This document shows, piece by piece, positions 38,043 through 48,380 of a stretch of DNA of 64,000 nt. The DNA lies in the NCBI GenBank assembly GCA_965232515.1, contig CBDDPY010000002.1, positions 6,711,573-6,775,572 on the forward strand, in the 5' to 3' direction. The position numbers and the translations under genes were made by a program. Numbering within the stretch: the first letter of the stretch is position 1; each line of letters opens with the position of its first letter. This stretch comes from Alphaproteobacteria bacterium. GTDB lineage: Bacteria; Pseudomonadota; Alphaproteobacteria; GCA-2731375. The notes beneath the pieces are model-generated. The model did not search any database and was not told the origin of the DNA. It saw only the letters and a list, made by a program, of their open reading frames with translations.

Positions 38043-39332
38043 TTAGGCGCTCAGGAACTCGGTCCAGCGCTTCACCAGATAGTCGTTCTCGTCCATCAGC
38101 GAGTTCCAGACGGCGATGTTGCTGAAGCGGTCCCAATAGGAGCCGCCGTCGCGCACTTCGCCCTTTTCGACGATGATGGTGTCGAACGGATCCGGCAGCT
38201 CCTTCGCCGCCGGCTTGCCCATGTACCAGTAGTCCCACTCTTCGGGCTCGAGGTGCTTCTTCACGTTCTCGGGCACCGACATGTAGTAGCCCTGGCGCGC
38301 CACGAACGCGCCGGCCCAGCCGTCGAGCCACCAGTTGAGATATTCATAAGCGGCGTCGAGCTGCTTGCCCGTGACCTTGGCCGAGATCGCCAGGCCGCCG
38401 TGCCAGCCGCGCATGCCTTCCTTCGGGAAGGCGTAGATGCAGGGCACGCCTTCCGCCTTCACGGCGGTGACGGCGGGCGACCACATGCTTTGCACCGCGA
38501 CCTCGCCGCTGACCATCAGGTTCACCGACTGGCCGAAGGTTTCCCAGAACGCTCGGAAATGGCCTTCCTTCTTCCTCTCGATCAGGAAATTGATCAGGAA
38601 GTCGATTTCCTCCCGGGTCATGTTGCCCTTGTCTTTGAAGGTGTAGGCGCCCATGGCCTCGATCGCCAGCGCGGCGTCCATGGTGCCGATCTGCGGCACG
38701 TTCAACAGCGCCACCTGGCCCTTGAAGTCGGCGCTGAACAGGTCGGCCCAGCTCTCGATGTCGCGGCCGGTTTCTTCCGGGTTGTAGCCGAGCGAATCCG
38801 CGTTGTGCCAGCCGGGCAGCATCGAGATGTAGCGCGACGGGCCATCGACCCGGTTGCCGTCGGCGTCCAGCCAGAGGTGCCGAAACGGCGCATCGCCCTG
38901 GCCGGCATTCGATTCCGGTGTCAGTTTGCCGGTTTTGGAGAGGTTGGTGACCTTATCCCATTCCTTGATTCGTTGCGTATCGATCGGCTGCCAGACCTTC
39001 GCCGGGATGAAGACATCCATGTCGTTGAAATAGCCTTCGGCGATCTCGTATTGATCGTTTTGGTTCAGCATCTTGCCGAACATGGCGCCATACCCCAACG
39101 CCTGCCCGCGTACCCCGATGCCGAGATCCTGGGACGCCTTGCCCTGAATCTCGTTGATGACGCTCACGCCCAAACCGATGGTGCGCAGCGATTCCGCGCC
39201 ATGACCGATGCTGGGGAAGCCGCCGACGAACGAACCCGCCGCGACGGCGCTCGCGGTCGTGCCCATGAACTTGCGGCGGCTGATGCCCCTGCTCTTGGTC
39301 TTGCTGGTACCCGTTGGCTTCTTTGCCGTCAT
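38043..39332 (-). CDS. ABC transporter substrate-binding protein (PotD/PotF-like) with Tat signal
   Basis: SRRKFMGTTASAVAAGSF twin-arginine signal. 429 aa. Confidence 0.8.
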   Translation of the reverse strand: MTAKKPTGTSKTKSRGISRRKFMGTTASAVAAGSFVGGFPSIGHGAESLRTIGLGVSVINEIQGKASQDLGIGVRGQALGYGAMFGKMLNQNDQYEIAEGYFNDMDVFIPAKVWQPIDTQRIKEWDKVTNLSKTGKLTPESNAGQGDAPFRHLWLDADGNRVDGPSRYISMLPGWHNADSLGYNPEETGRDIESWADLFSADFKGQVALLNVPQIGTMDAALAIEAMGAYTFKDKGNMTREEIDFLINFLIERKKEGHFRAFWETFGQSVNLMVSGEVAVQSMWSPAVTAVKAEGVPCIYAFPKEGMRGWHGGLAISAKVTGKQLDAAYEYLNWWLDGWAGAFVARQGYYMSVPENVKKHLEPEEWDYWYMGKPAAKELPDPFDTIIVEKGEVRDGGSYWDRFSNIAVWNSLMDENDYLVKRWTEFLSA

Positions 39333-39516
39333 ATTCTGCCTCCCGTTGTTACTGGGTAATCCCGTGTCTCACGGTCCCAAAGATGTGGATCGCTATGCCA
39401 ATGGCGTATCCGCTAACAGCTAGCTTTTATTTAGGATTTTCCATGACGTGCTTTGTCGAATGATAGCTTAGAGTCGGGGGCTGGGAAACGCAAAGAAAGT
39501 AAGGGGGAGGCGGAGT

Positions 39517-40989
39517 TTGAGCGTACTGATCAAGAACGGCCGCGTGGTTACGGCGAACGACGATTACCGGGCCGATATCTTCATCAACAACTCCACCGTC
39601 GACGTTATCGGGCGCAACCTGGAGATCGACGCCGACCGGGTGATCGACGCCGCCGGCAAGCTGGTGATTCCGGGCGGCATCGATCCGCACACGCATATGC
39701 AGATGCCGTTCGGCGGCACCGAGACGTCGGACACGTTCGAGACCGGTACGCGCGCCGCGGCCTTCGGCGGCACCACCTGCATCATCGATTTCGCCATTCA
39801 GGCCCGCGGCACGTCGACCATCGCCGCGCTTGACGACTGGCACGCCAAGGCCGAGGGCCGGACCGCCATCGACTACGCCTTCCACATGATCATCACCGAC
39901 ATGCCGGAAGAGCGCATGCCGGAAATGCGCCGCCTGTCGGATGAGGGTGTCACCAGCTACAAGATGTTCATGGCTTATCCCGGCGTGCTGCTGTCGGACG
40001 ACGCCACGATCTTCCGCGCCATGCGCAAGGCCGGCGAAGACGGCACGCTGGTCTGCATGCATGCCGAGAACGGCATCGTCATCGACGAGCTGGTCAAGAT
40101 CGCGCTGGCCGAGGGCAAGACCACGCCGCGCTATCACGCCTACACCCGGCCGACCCGGCTCGAGGCAGAGGGCGCGCACCGGGCGCTCGCCATCGCCGAG
40201 GTCGCGCAGGCGCCGGTCTATATCGTTCACCTGAGCTGCTACGAGGCGCTGCAGGAGTTACGTCTGGCGCAGGCCCGCGGCGTCATGGCCCATGCCGAGA
40301 CCTGTCCGCAATACCTGCTGCTGGACGTCGATCATTACGACGAGCCCGGATTCGATGGCGCGAAATACGTGCTGACGCCGCCGCTGCGCGAGCAATGGCA
40401 CCAGGACGAGCTCTGGAACGGGCTGCGCACCAGCGCGCTGGACGTGATCTCGACCGACCATTGCCCGTTCTGCATGCGCGAGCAGAAGGAATTGGGGCGC
40501 GACGATTTCAGCAAGATCCCGAACGGCGGCCCCGGCGTCGAGAACCGCATGAGCCTGATCTACCACCACGGCGTCAATCTCGGGCGGATTTCGCTGAACC
40601 GCTTCGTCGAACTGACCTCGACCAAGGCGGCGAAGATCTTCGGCCTGTTCCCCCGCAAGGGCACGATCGCCGTCGGCAGCGATGCCGATATCGTGATCTT
40701 CGATCCCGAGCGCGAGGAGACGATCAGCCGCTTCAACGCCCACACCCATCACATGAACATCGACTACAGCGCCTACGAGGGCTTCAAGGTCAAGGGCTTT
40801 ACCGAGACCGTGCTGTCGCGCGGCAAGATCGTAATCGACAACGGCAACTATGTCGGCCGCCCGGGCGACGGTTCATTCGTCAAGCGCGGCCCCTACGGCG
40901 GCCAATACGCCAACGCGCACGCCCACATGCGCCGCGATCCGCTCGACCCCGCCCACGGCCTCGGCTCGCCGCGCCATCGGCACAGCTGA
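39517..40989 (+). CDS. Dihydropyrimidinase / D-hydantoinase
   Basis: LIKNGRVV...IPGGIDPHTHMQMPF with metal-binding HxH. TTG start with an AAGGGGGAGG RBS. Confidence 0.85.
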   Translation: MSVLIKNGRVVTANDDYRADIFINNSTVDVIGRNLEIDADRVIDAAGKLVIPGGIDPHTHMQMPFGGTETSDTFETGTRAAAFGGTTCIIDFAIQARGTSTIAALDDWHAKAEGRTAIDYAFHMIITDMPEERMPEMRRLSDEGVTSYKMFMAYPGVLLSDDATIFRAMRKAGEDGTLVCMHAENGIVIDELVKIALAEGKTTPRYHAYTRPTRLEAEGAHRALAIAEVAQAPVYIVHLSCYEALQELRLAQARGVMAHAETCPQYLLLDVDHYDEPGFDGAKYVLTPPLREQWHQDELWNGLRTSALDVISTDHCPFCMREQKELGRDDFSKIPNGGPGVENRMSLIYHHGVNLGRISLNRFVELTSTKAAKIFGLFPRKGTIAVGSDADIVIFDPEREETISRFNAHTHHMNIDYSAYEGFKVKGFTETVLSRGKIVIDNGNYVGRPGDGSFVKRGPYGGQYANAHAHMRRDPLDPAHGLGSPRHRHS

Positions 40990-41015
40990 CGCCGCGGACG
41001 TTTTATGATGGCGGA

Positions 41016-41486
41016 TTAGGCCTCGGTCTGCTTCGCCGGGCGGATGATCTTCAAGAGCCAGAAGATGATGCAGAAAATCCCGGTCAGGATGATCAGGGCC
41101 ACGACCGCGGCGAGGCGCTTGCCGAACTCAGCGTCGAGCGTGTAGCCCGGCTGCAACAGATAGACGCAGAGCACCTGCACCGACTGCAGCGTCGCGCCGC
41201 CGCTCAACAGGATGGCGACGAAGGTGGAGCCGCGCAGCGAACTCAGGACCACGGACTCGATGCTGTTCTGCTGCACGATATGCACTCGGTAGGCGTGCCA
41301 GTGGTAGGTGCAGAAGCCGATGATGCCGACGATCAGCGCGACCCAGAAGATCGCGTTGTCGAAGCCGACGCCGTGGATCACGGTGTTGAACAGGTCTTCG
41401 AACGGCTTATAGAAGTATAGAAAAATCAGAACGATGATGAAGACGATGTAGCCGACCAGCGTCCAGAACCACTGCCACCCTGTCAT
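41016..41486 (-). CDS. Small integral membrane protein (paralog of 25565..26092)
   Basis: IFLYFYKPFE and DAEFGKRL shared with the upstream paralog. Four TM helices. Confidence 0.5.
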   Translation of the reverse strand: MTGWQWFWTLVGYIVFIIVLIFLYFYKPFEDLFNTVIHGVGFDNAIFWVALIVGIIGFCTYHWHAYRVHIVQQNSIESVVLSSLRGSTFVAILLSGGATLQSVQVLCVYLLQPGYTLDAEFGKRLAAVVALIILTGIFCIIFWLLKIIRPAKQTEA

Positions 41487-41584
41487 AGCTTACGACCCAC
41501 TGTTTTTCTTGGAACCGGTTTGGAAGTTGGCGCCATCACAGCATTGATTGGTGACGCGCGCCAAGCGCATTCGCGAACCCATGA

Positions 41585-42673
41585 TTACGCCGCCGCTTCC
41601 GGGATCGCGACGATCAGCAGGATTCCGAAAAGGATCATAAAGACCGCGTCCTTGGCGGCGCCGAGGCCGGACCGCTCCGAGCCGGTCGTGGCGATCAGCA
41701 TGATGATCTCAAGCACAAAGAAGACGATGGCCAGGAAGAAGAACGGCCAGATCGTGCTCCACCAGGACAGCCCCTCGGGCGCCGCGACCGACTGCACCAG
41801 CCGCCAGATCAGCAGCATGATCGGCAACAGGATCATGAACCCATAGGCCAGCAGAAAGCGATATCGGGTGAGCGCGCGGTCCAGCAGCCAGAAGACGACG
41901 AAGAACAGCACGATGAACAGCAGATCCAGAACGAGCGCCGCGTAGTTTTCGCCTGTCGCCGCCTGCGTCAGGTTCAGGTAGCCCAGGATCAGCAGGAACA
42001 CGAGGCCGTCGCAGAACAGCCATTCGCGCACCGTTTCGCCGCCGGACTTGACGCTCCAGGCCCGTGTCGCCTTGTCGAACAGCAAGACCAGCGCGACCGC
42101 CAGGCTGGCCGGATACACGAGCTGCAGCATCAACGTGTATTGCTGCGGTCCGGGCACATAGATCCAGTTCAACAGCAGAAACGCCACGGCCAGCACCAGC
42201 AGGCCAATCAGCCGCGCGCCCGACGACGTGGCGGTCGCCGGCGGCGCGCCGGCTTCGGCGGCCGCAGGTGAGTCGCTCACATTGACGCTGATCGCCCGCG
42301 ATTGCCTCGGCAGCCGGACGATGGCGAAAACGAGAAACCCGATCAGGCCCACGATGCCGGCGATGGCCATGACGGTCAGGAAGACGACCGATCGCCTGTC
42401 GCCGCGCCAGTCGGCGGCGGCGAGTTGCGCTTCGGCCGCCGGATAGAACTGCCAGATCAGGATGGCGGCAATGACAATGAGCGCCGCCAGCGCCAGGAGA
42501 AACTCGTACCAGTTCGGCGCCGGCGCAACCGCCTGCCCATCGGCCGTCGCCGTGGCCGGTCGCCGCGCGTACCGGGTGATCAAATAAATCACGAACGCGC
42601 CGATCGCGACCGCGGCGATGGCGATCATCACGCCGACGAAATCCAGCGACCTGCTATCCACGTATCGCCCCAC
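41585..42673 (-). CDS. Polytopic membrane protein, hypothetical
   Basis: Roughly 8-10 predicted TM helices. No motif. Confidence 0.45.
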   Translation of the reverse strand: MGRYVDSRSLDFVGVMIAIAAVAIGAFVIYLITRYARRPATATADGQAVAPAPNWYEFLLALAALIVIAAILIWQFYPAAEAQLAAADWRGDRRSVVFLTVMAIAGIVGLIGFLVFAIVRLPRQSRAISVNVSDSPAAAEAGAPPATATSSGARLIGLLVLAVAFLLLNWIYVPGPQQYTLMLQLVYPASLAVALVLLFDKATRAWSVKSGGETVREWLFCDGLVFLLILGYLNLTQAATGENYAALVLDLLFIVLFFVVFWLLDRALTRYRFLLAYGFMILLPIMLLIWRLVQSVAAPEGLSWWSTIWPFFFLAIVFFVLEIIMLIATTGSERSGLGAAKDAVFMILFGILLIVAIPEAAA

Positions 42674-42745
42674 CCCACAACAACAAGATTCGGGTTACGC
42701 GGCAGGCCCGCCGTCGGGTGGCGGCGGTCTGCCCGATCCCGTCAT

Positions 42746-43432
42746 TCACAACGCGTTTCGCAGTTCCAGTCCGTCGAGATAGCTCAGCACGCGGTCCAGC
42801 GGCTCGACGTCGCCGAACTTGGCGTCGATATCGAACAGGTTCCATTCGACCACGCCCGCGACCCGGTCGCCGACCGCCTCGCGCACGACGATGGGCCGGA
42901 AGCCCTCGGCGATGGCGTCCTCGACCGTATTGCGCACGCAGGCCGCCATGGTCACGCCCGTGACGATCACCGTGTCGACCTGGGCCGCGCGCAGGAAACC
43001 GGCCAGCGGCGTGCCGTGGAAGGCCGAAGCCCGCTTCTTGACGATGACCTGCTCGTCCGCCTCAGGCGCGATGCGGTCATCGATGGCCACTGCCTCCGAA
43101 CCCAGCTTCAGCAGCTCGGCCGGGATCTTCTTGTGCCACAGTCCCATGTCCGTGTTCGGGCCCTCGGTCACGGCATAGGCCGTGGTCGTGTAGACGATCG
43201 GAATGCGTTTCGCGCGCGATGCCGCCAGCAACTGCTGCACGCTCGGGATAATCACATCCATATCGTCGCACGAGAACGCGTGTCCCGGCCGCGTCCACGC
43301 GTTGGCGAGGTCGATATTGATCAGTGCCGGCCGCTCACCGAAGCCGACACGACGTTGAAAGCCGCGATCCTGATACAGCGCGGAATCGGCGGCAAAGACC
43401 TTTTCCAAGGCTTCTTTGAGTTCGTCGGTCAT
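42746..43432 (-). CDS. Isochorismatase-family hydrolase (paralog of 22183..22893)
   Basis: PALINIDLANAW...IVKKRASAFHGT...TVIVTGVTMAACVRN. Confidence 0.75.
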   Translation of the reverse strand: MTDELKEALEKVFAADSALYQDRGFQRRVGFGERPALINIDLANAWTRPGHAFSCDDMDVIIPSVQQLLAASRAKRIPIVYTTTAYAVTEGPNTDMGLWHKKIPAELLKLGSEAVAIDDRIAPEADEQVIVKKRASAFHGTPLAGFLRAAQVDTVIVTGVTMAACVRNTVEDAIAEGFRPIVVREAVGDRVAGVVEWNLFDIDAKFGDVEPLDRVLSYLDGLELRNAL

Positions 43433-43567
43433 TGTGGGCAGATGCTAGCACCCGCCAAAATGACTGTCGATGCAGGGCGGTGCGGGAAAATTGACACTCC
43501 GACCGGCAGCCCGCAACATGATCGGGGCGACCAACCAGCGACAGCGGACGCAAAGGAGCATCGACCG

Positions 43568-44467
43568 ATGCAGGCAGATCAGGAGGTCGAGGGTGCGACC
43601 ATCCGCCCCCTGACACCGGCTGTCGGGGCCGAGATTTCGGGCGTCGATCTCGCCAATCTGACCGACCGGCAATTCGCGCTGATCTCCGATGCGTTCGACC
43701 GCTATGCCGGCCTGTTGTTCCGGGATCAGAAGCTGTCGCCGGACGATCTGGTGGCGTTCAGCCGGCGCTGGGGCGAGCTCGACGTGGCGCCGGTCATGGA
43801 GAACGGGCGGACCGCCGTGCCGGGTTATCCCGAGATCTACATCGTGTCGAACGTCAAGGACGCGGACGGCAAACCGATCGGCAGCCTGGGCGCGGGCGAG
43901 GCCGTCTGGCACACAGACATGTCCTACCTGCCGAGCCCGCCCTATGCGTCCATGCTCTATGCCCTCGAGGTGCCGCCGTCGGGTGGCGACACCTCGCTCT
44001 GCGGCATGAAGGCCGCCTATGACAGCCTGCCGACCGAGCTGCGCGAACGCATCGCCGGCCTGGAGATCAAGCATGACGGCACCTACAACTCGGGCGGCTA
44101 CCTGCGCGAGGGGGTGACCGCCAGCGACGATCCCGTGAACTCGGTGGGACAGGTGCATCCCGCGGTCTGCCGACACCCGGCCACGGGCGACGCGCTGCTC
44201 TATCTCGGTCGCCGCCGCAACGCCTACGTCATGGGCCTTGGCCTCGAGGAGTCGGAAGGTCTGCTCGACGAATTGTGGGACTATGCGGTGCGGCCGGAAC
44301 ACACCTATACGCACCATTGGCGGGTCGGCGACGTTCTGCTCTGGGACAACCGCGCGACGATGCACCGCCGCGACCCCTTCGACGCGACGACGCGACGCCT
44401 GATGCAACGTACCCAGATCAAGGGCCAGTCGCAGCCGCGCGCCGCGGTCGATGCCGGCGCGAGCTGA
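43568..44467 (+). CDS. TauD/TfdA-family Fe(II)/2-oxoglutarate dioxygenase
   Basis: WHTDMSY (HxD) ... TMHRR with the distal His and Arg. 299 aa from MQADQE. The upstream part of the 721-aa track ORF is read-through in the high-GC frame, not coding. Confidence 0.8.
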   Translation: MQADQEVEGATIRPLTPAVGAEISGVDLANLTDRQFALISDAFDRYAGLLFRDQKLSPDDLVAFSRRWGELDVAPVMENGRTAVPGYPEIYIVSNVKDADGKPIGSLGAGEAVWHTDMSYLPSPPYASMLYALEVPPSGGDTSLCGMKAAYDSLPTELRERIAGLEIKHDGTYNSGGYLREGVTASDDPVNSVGQVHPAVCRHPATGDALLYLGRRRNAYVMGLGLEESEGLLDELWDYAVRPEHTYTHHWRVGDVLLWDNRATMHRRDPFDATTRRLMQRTQIKGQSQPRAAVDAGAS

Positions 44468-45209
44468 CGCGGGCATCGGACGACGGCGGACCTCTGCCAG
44501 CCGATGGGTCTGGCTGGGTGTCGTTCTCGCTGTCCTGGCGGGCGCGCCGCTGCGGGCGGAGACGCCGGTCGATCTTGAGCTGATCCTCGCCGTCGATGCC
44601 TCCGGCAGTGTCGACCCGCGCGAATACGCCCTGCAGATGTCGGGCATCGCATCGGCGTTTCGCGACGACGAGGTGATTGCCGCAATTCAGTCGGGTCCGT
44701 TGGCGCGCATCGGCGTCGCGGTCGTGATCTGGTCGGAGTCGCGCCGGCCGAAAGACCTGATCCCTTGGCAGGTCGTGTCGGACCGGGCGTCGGCGGCCGT
44801 CTTCGCCCACACCGTCGAGACCCACCCGCGCAACATCCCGGACGGCGGCACGGGTATCGGCCGTGCCGTGCTCTACGCCATCAGCCTGTTCGACCGCAAC
44901 GCGCTCACGAGTTCCCGGCACGTCATCGACGTGTCCGGCGACGGGCGTGAGACGACTTTTCGCGAGTATAGCGTGCCGCCGGCCCAGGCTCGCGCCCGTG
45001 CGATCTCCCGCGGAATCACCGTCAACGGCCTGGCGATCCTCACCGACGATTCCGAGCTCACCGAGTATTACCGTCGTGAGGTCGTCGGCGGTACCGACGC
45101 GTTTGCCATGTCGGCCGCGTCCTACGACGACTTCGCCACGGCCATGCGCCGCAAGCTGATCCGTGAGATCGATTACCGGCCGATCATCAGCCGGCTCTCG
45201 CCGCGATAG
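44451..45209 (+). CDS. DUF1194 (vWA-like) secreted protein
   Basis: Signal peptide, then LELILAVDASGSVDP...IDVSGDG with MIDAS-like residues. Confidence 0.55.
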   Translation: MPARADAGIGRRRTSASRWVWLGVVLAVLAGAPLRAETPVDLELILAVDASGSVDPREYALQMSGIASAFRDDEVIAAIQSGPLARIGVAVVIWSESRRPKDLIPWQVVSDRASAAVFAHTVETHPRNIPDGGTGIGRAVLYAISLFDRNALTSSRHVIDVSGDGRETTFREYSVPPAQARARAISRGITVNGLAILTDDSELTEYYRREVVGGTDAFAMSAASYDDFATAMRRKLIREIDYRPIISRLSPR

Positions 45210-45222
45210 TGCTGTCGTCGTT

Positions 45223-45966
45223 TCACCGATAGTCGGGATTCGGATAATCGAAGCGGCAGCCGGCTTCCCACATCGAGCGCTGGTTGCCGTGCGCCGGCAC
45301 ACCGCCAGCGTCCTTCAGCATGCGGGCAAGGTGCAACAGGTTCCAGGTCATGAAAGTCGTGTTGCGGTTGGTGAAATCGTTCTCCGGACCGCCCGAGCCG
45401 TCGTCCAGATAGGACGGGCCGGGGCCGGCCTCGCCGATCCAGCCGGCGTCGACCTGCGGCGGGATCACGTAGCCCAGATGCTGCAGCGAGAACAGGATGT
45501 TCATGGCGCAATGCTTGACGCCGTCCTCGTTGCCCGTGACCAGACAGCCGCCGACCCGGCCGTAATAGGCGTATTGGCCGGCCTCGTTCAGATCGCCTGA
45601 GGTCGAATAGAGCCGCTCGATCACCTTGGTGCAGACGGACGATTTCTCGCCCAGCCAGATCGGCGTCGTCACGACCAGAATGTCGGCGGCCTTGACCTTC
45701 TCGTAGATCCCGGGCCAGTCGTCGTCGTCCCAGCCATGCTCGCGCATGTCGCCGTAGACGCCATAGGCGATGTCGTGGTCGACCGGCCGCAGCACCTCAA
45801 CGCTGACGCCGTTCTTTTCCATGATCGCCCTCGCGATATCGATCAGGCCTTGCGTGTGCGAGACCTCGGGGCTGCGCTTCAGCGTGCAGTTCAGGAACAG
45901 CGCCTTGAGGTCGGAGAAATCCCACTGGCTGGTCTCGCACCACTTCTCCTGCAGTTCGTTCAACAT
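45223..45966 (-). CDS. Flavodoxin-like fold NAD(P)H-dependent FMN reductase family protein
   Basis: ALFLNCTLKRSPEVSHT...ADILVVTTPIWLG. Confidence 0.65.
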   Translation of the reverse strand: MLNELQEKWCETSQWDFSDLKALFLNCTLKRSPEVSHTQGLIDIARAIMEKNGVSVEVLRPVDHDIAYGVYGDMREHGWDDDDWPGIYEKVKAADILVVTTPIWLGEKSSVCTKVIERLYSTSGDLNEAGQYAYYGRVGGCLVTGNEDGVKHCAMNILFSLQHLGYVIPPQVDAGWIGEAGPGPSYLDDGSGGPENDFTNRNTTFMTWNLLHLARMLKDAGGVPAHGNQRSMWEAGCRFDYPNPDYR

Positions 45967-45980
45967 CTCTTGTCCTTTCG

Positions 45981-47273
45981 TCAGGTGGTTGTCGTCGGCT
46001 CGTTCGGTTGCGCCACCATGCCGGTGCGGATCGGCAGCTCGCTCACCGCTTTCGTTTCCTCGCATTCGCCGAACAGTTCGGTCATCCGGCCATAGGCGCG
46101 GGCGAGCGGCGCGGCGCTGATGCCGTGCAGCAGCGCGCTCAGGCCGACGGTGACGATCACCGCGGCCAGGATCTCGTCGCCATGTGCGATCTCGGCCGTC
46201 TCCACGATCAGCAGCGCGAACAGAATGGAAGCGAGGCCGCGCGGACCGAACCAGCCAAGGAAGGCCATGGTCGGCAGACGCACGCCGGTGCCGATCAGCG
46301 AGATGGCGATCGGCAGCATGCGGATCACGGTCAGGCTGAGGGCGGCATACAGCACAAAGGTCCAGTTCAGGTGCGCCAACCCTTCCGGCAGCATCGCCGC
46401 GCCGAAGATCAGGAACGTCAGCAGCATCAGCAATTGCCCCTGCGTCTCCATGAACTCGAACAGGAAGGTGCAGGGATGGGTCACCGCGTTGCCGAACATG
46501 AGGCCGGCGGTGAACGCGGCGATGAAGCCATTGCCGCCGATCGCTTCGGCCGCCACGAAACCGAGCACGGCCAGCGCCAGCACGCCGATGCCTTCGAATG
46601 CCTCGGTCATCCAGCCCTTGTCGGCGGCCGTATCGACAAGGCGGGCGCCGACATAGCCCAGCATGATGCCGGCGACCGGTCCAAGCGTGACCTGCAAGGC
46701 GCCGAAGGTCAGCCAGTCCGTCGCATCTCTGGCGTCCGCGCCGGCGGTGCCGGCGAGCGCGGCCAGCAGCAATACAGCGGGCAGGGCGATGCCGTCGTTC
46801 AGCCCGCTTTCGACATTTAACGCCTGCCGGATGCGGACGGGTACCGACCGGTCAGAGACCACGGCCTGGCCCAGCGCCGCGTCAGTCGGCGCCAGAATGG
46901 CGGCCAGCAGCGCCGCTTCCCAAATGGAGAAGTCGGGGAACAGGTACGCCGCCACGCCGGTGCCGGCGAGGATCACCAGCGGCAGGCCGACGATCAGCAT
47001 TCGCTGCGGCAGATTATGGTCGCGCCGCAGCAGGCCGAGATCTATCCGCGCGGCATCGGCGAACAGCACTAGGATCAGCGTCAGTTCGGCGATCAGATGG
47101 ATCAGGCCGTGACCGATATCGATATGCGCGACGTCGAAGCCGCCGGGCCCGATGGCCAGGCCGAACAGCACGAAGACCAGCGGCGGCGTAACGATCGTGC
47201 CGTCGAGCTTCTTCGAAACCAGACCGAAGGCGATTACGCCGGCACAGATAATGATAGTGCCGTGAAGATCCAT
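45981..47273 (-). CDS. Cation:proton (Na+/H+) antiporter, CPA1 family
   Basis: 12-TM layout with GLAIGPGG and LFADAARIDL. Confidence 0.8.
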   Translation of the reverse strand: MDLHGTIIICAGVIAFGLVSKKLDGTIVTPPLVFVLFGLAIGPGGFDVAHIDIGHGLIHLIAELTLILVLFADAARIDLGLLRRDHNLPQRMLIVGLPLVILAGTGVAAYLFPDFSIWEAALLAAILAPTDAALGQAVVSDRSVPVRIRQALNVESGLNDGIALPAVLLLAALAGTAGADARDATDWLTFGALQVTLGPVAGIMLGYVGARLVDTAADKGWMTEAFEGIGVLALAVLGFVAAEAIGGNGFIAAFTAGLMFGNAVTHPCTFLFEFMETQGQLLMLLTFLIFGAAMLPEGLAHLNWTFVLYAALSLTVIRMLPIAISLIGTGVRLPTMAFLGWFGPRGLASILFALLIVETAEIAHGDEILAAVIVTVGLSALLHGISAAPLARAYGRMTELFGECEETKAVSELPIRTGMVAQPNEPTTTT

Positions 47274-47422
47274 TGCGTCCCCATGCCAATGCCCATCGAC
47301 CGCGCCCCCGAGGCAACGGCGGCGTTTTTGATGAAGCGCATGATCACAAGGTTACAGTCGGCCGACCCAGAGTGTAGGGTGGAGCCGCGTCGGGTTGGAA
47401 TCAGGTTGGACTGGCAGCAGGC

Positions 47423-48025
47423 GTGCGCGGGGGACAGGGGGACAACGATCGAGAATTGATCGACGGCCTGCGCGCCGGCAGTGAACGACATGCCGAGCAG
47501 CTGGTCCGCACTCATGCCGGCTGGATGCGGTCGCTGGTCCGGCGGATCCTGCGCGACGACGCCCTTGCCGACGACTGCGTGCAGGAAGCCTTTCTCAAGG
47601 CGTTCCGCAACATCGATGGCTTTGAGGGCCGATCGAGCCTGAAGACCTGGCTGCATCGCATCACCGTCAACGAAGCACTGATGAAGCTGCGGTCCTTGAA
47701 GCGCCTGGACGAACGGCCGATCGACGACCTGCTGCCGGAATTCGATGCGAACGCCTGCCGCATCGAGATGCCGTGGACACGCCTGGCGACGACAGAAGAG
47801 ATCGTCGAGCGCGAGAGCACGCGGGCGCTGGTGCTGTCAAAAATCGGTGAACTGCCGGACAGCTATCGTATCATTCTGCAATTGCGTGACATCGAAGAGC
47901 TGACGACGTCAGAGGTCGCTGAGATGTTGGGTATCAGCGAGGCCAACGTGAAGGTGCGCCTGCATCGGGCGCGGTCCGCGTTGAAGAATATCCTGGAACC
48001 GTTGCTGCGGGGAGAGGCGCTATGA
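47423..48025 (+). CDS. ECF-type RNA polymerase sigma-70 factor
   Basis: Region 2 LVRRIL...DCVQEAFLKAFRN and region 4 LPDSYRIILQLRDIEELTTSEVAEMLGIS. GTG start; the exact start is uncertain. Confidence 0.8.
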   Translation: MRGGQGDNDRELIDGLRAGSERHAEQLVRTHAGWMRSLVRRILRDDALADDCVQEAFLKAFRNIDGFEGRSSLKTWLHRITVNEALMKLRSLKRLDERPIDDLLPEFDANACRIEMPWTRLATTEEIVERESTRALVLSKIGELPDSYRIILQLRDIEELTTSEVAEMLGISEANVKVRLHRARSALKNILEPLLRGEAL

Positions 48026-48333
48026 GCCGCGCGCGGCCGTTCAGCCTGTGGCGGTTGATGAAGGGCCTGATGCTTCGGCATATGCCGGCCATGATCACCT
48101 GCCAGGAGTTCGAGGACTTCATCCTCGACTATCTGGAAGGTCAGTTGCCGGCAAGCCAACGCCGCGTCTTCGCGTTCCACCTGAAGATCTGCCGCGAATG
48201 CCGGGACTATCTGGCCGCGTACCGGCGCACGGCCGAAGTCGGCAAGGCCGCGTTCGACGAACCGACCGCGCCCGTCCCCGACGACGTGCCGGAAGATCTG
48301 GTCAAGGCCATCCTCGACGCCCGCCGGGCCTGA
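48022..48333 (+). CDS. Anti-sigma factor, zinc-finger (zf-HC2/ChrR-like)
   Basis: ITCQEFEDFILDYLEGQL...HLKICRECRDY. ATGA overlap with the sigma factor gene. Confidence 0.65.
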   Translation: MSRARPFSLWRLMKGLMLRHMPAMITCQEFEDFILDYLEGQLPASQRRVFAFHLKICRECRDYLAAYRRTAEVGKAAFDEPTAPVPDDVPEDLVKAILDARRA

Positions 48334-48380
48334 CCGACCGCCGCGTCACTTGCGGATTGCGGTTCAACCAAGAGCAAGCC

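Noticed and set aside
42302-44467. 721-aa plus-strand ORF treated as one gene
   Set aside because: Only the last 299 aa (from MQADQE at 43568) look like a real TauD-family protein. The upstream 420 aa are charged low-complexity read-through, overlapping real minus-strand genes (the membrane protein and the isochorismatase).
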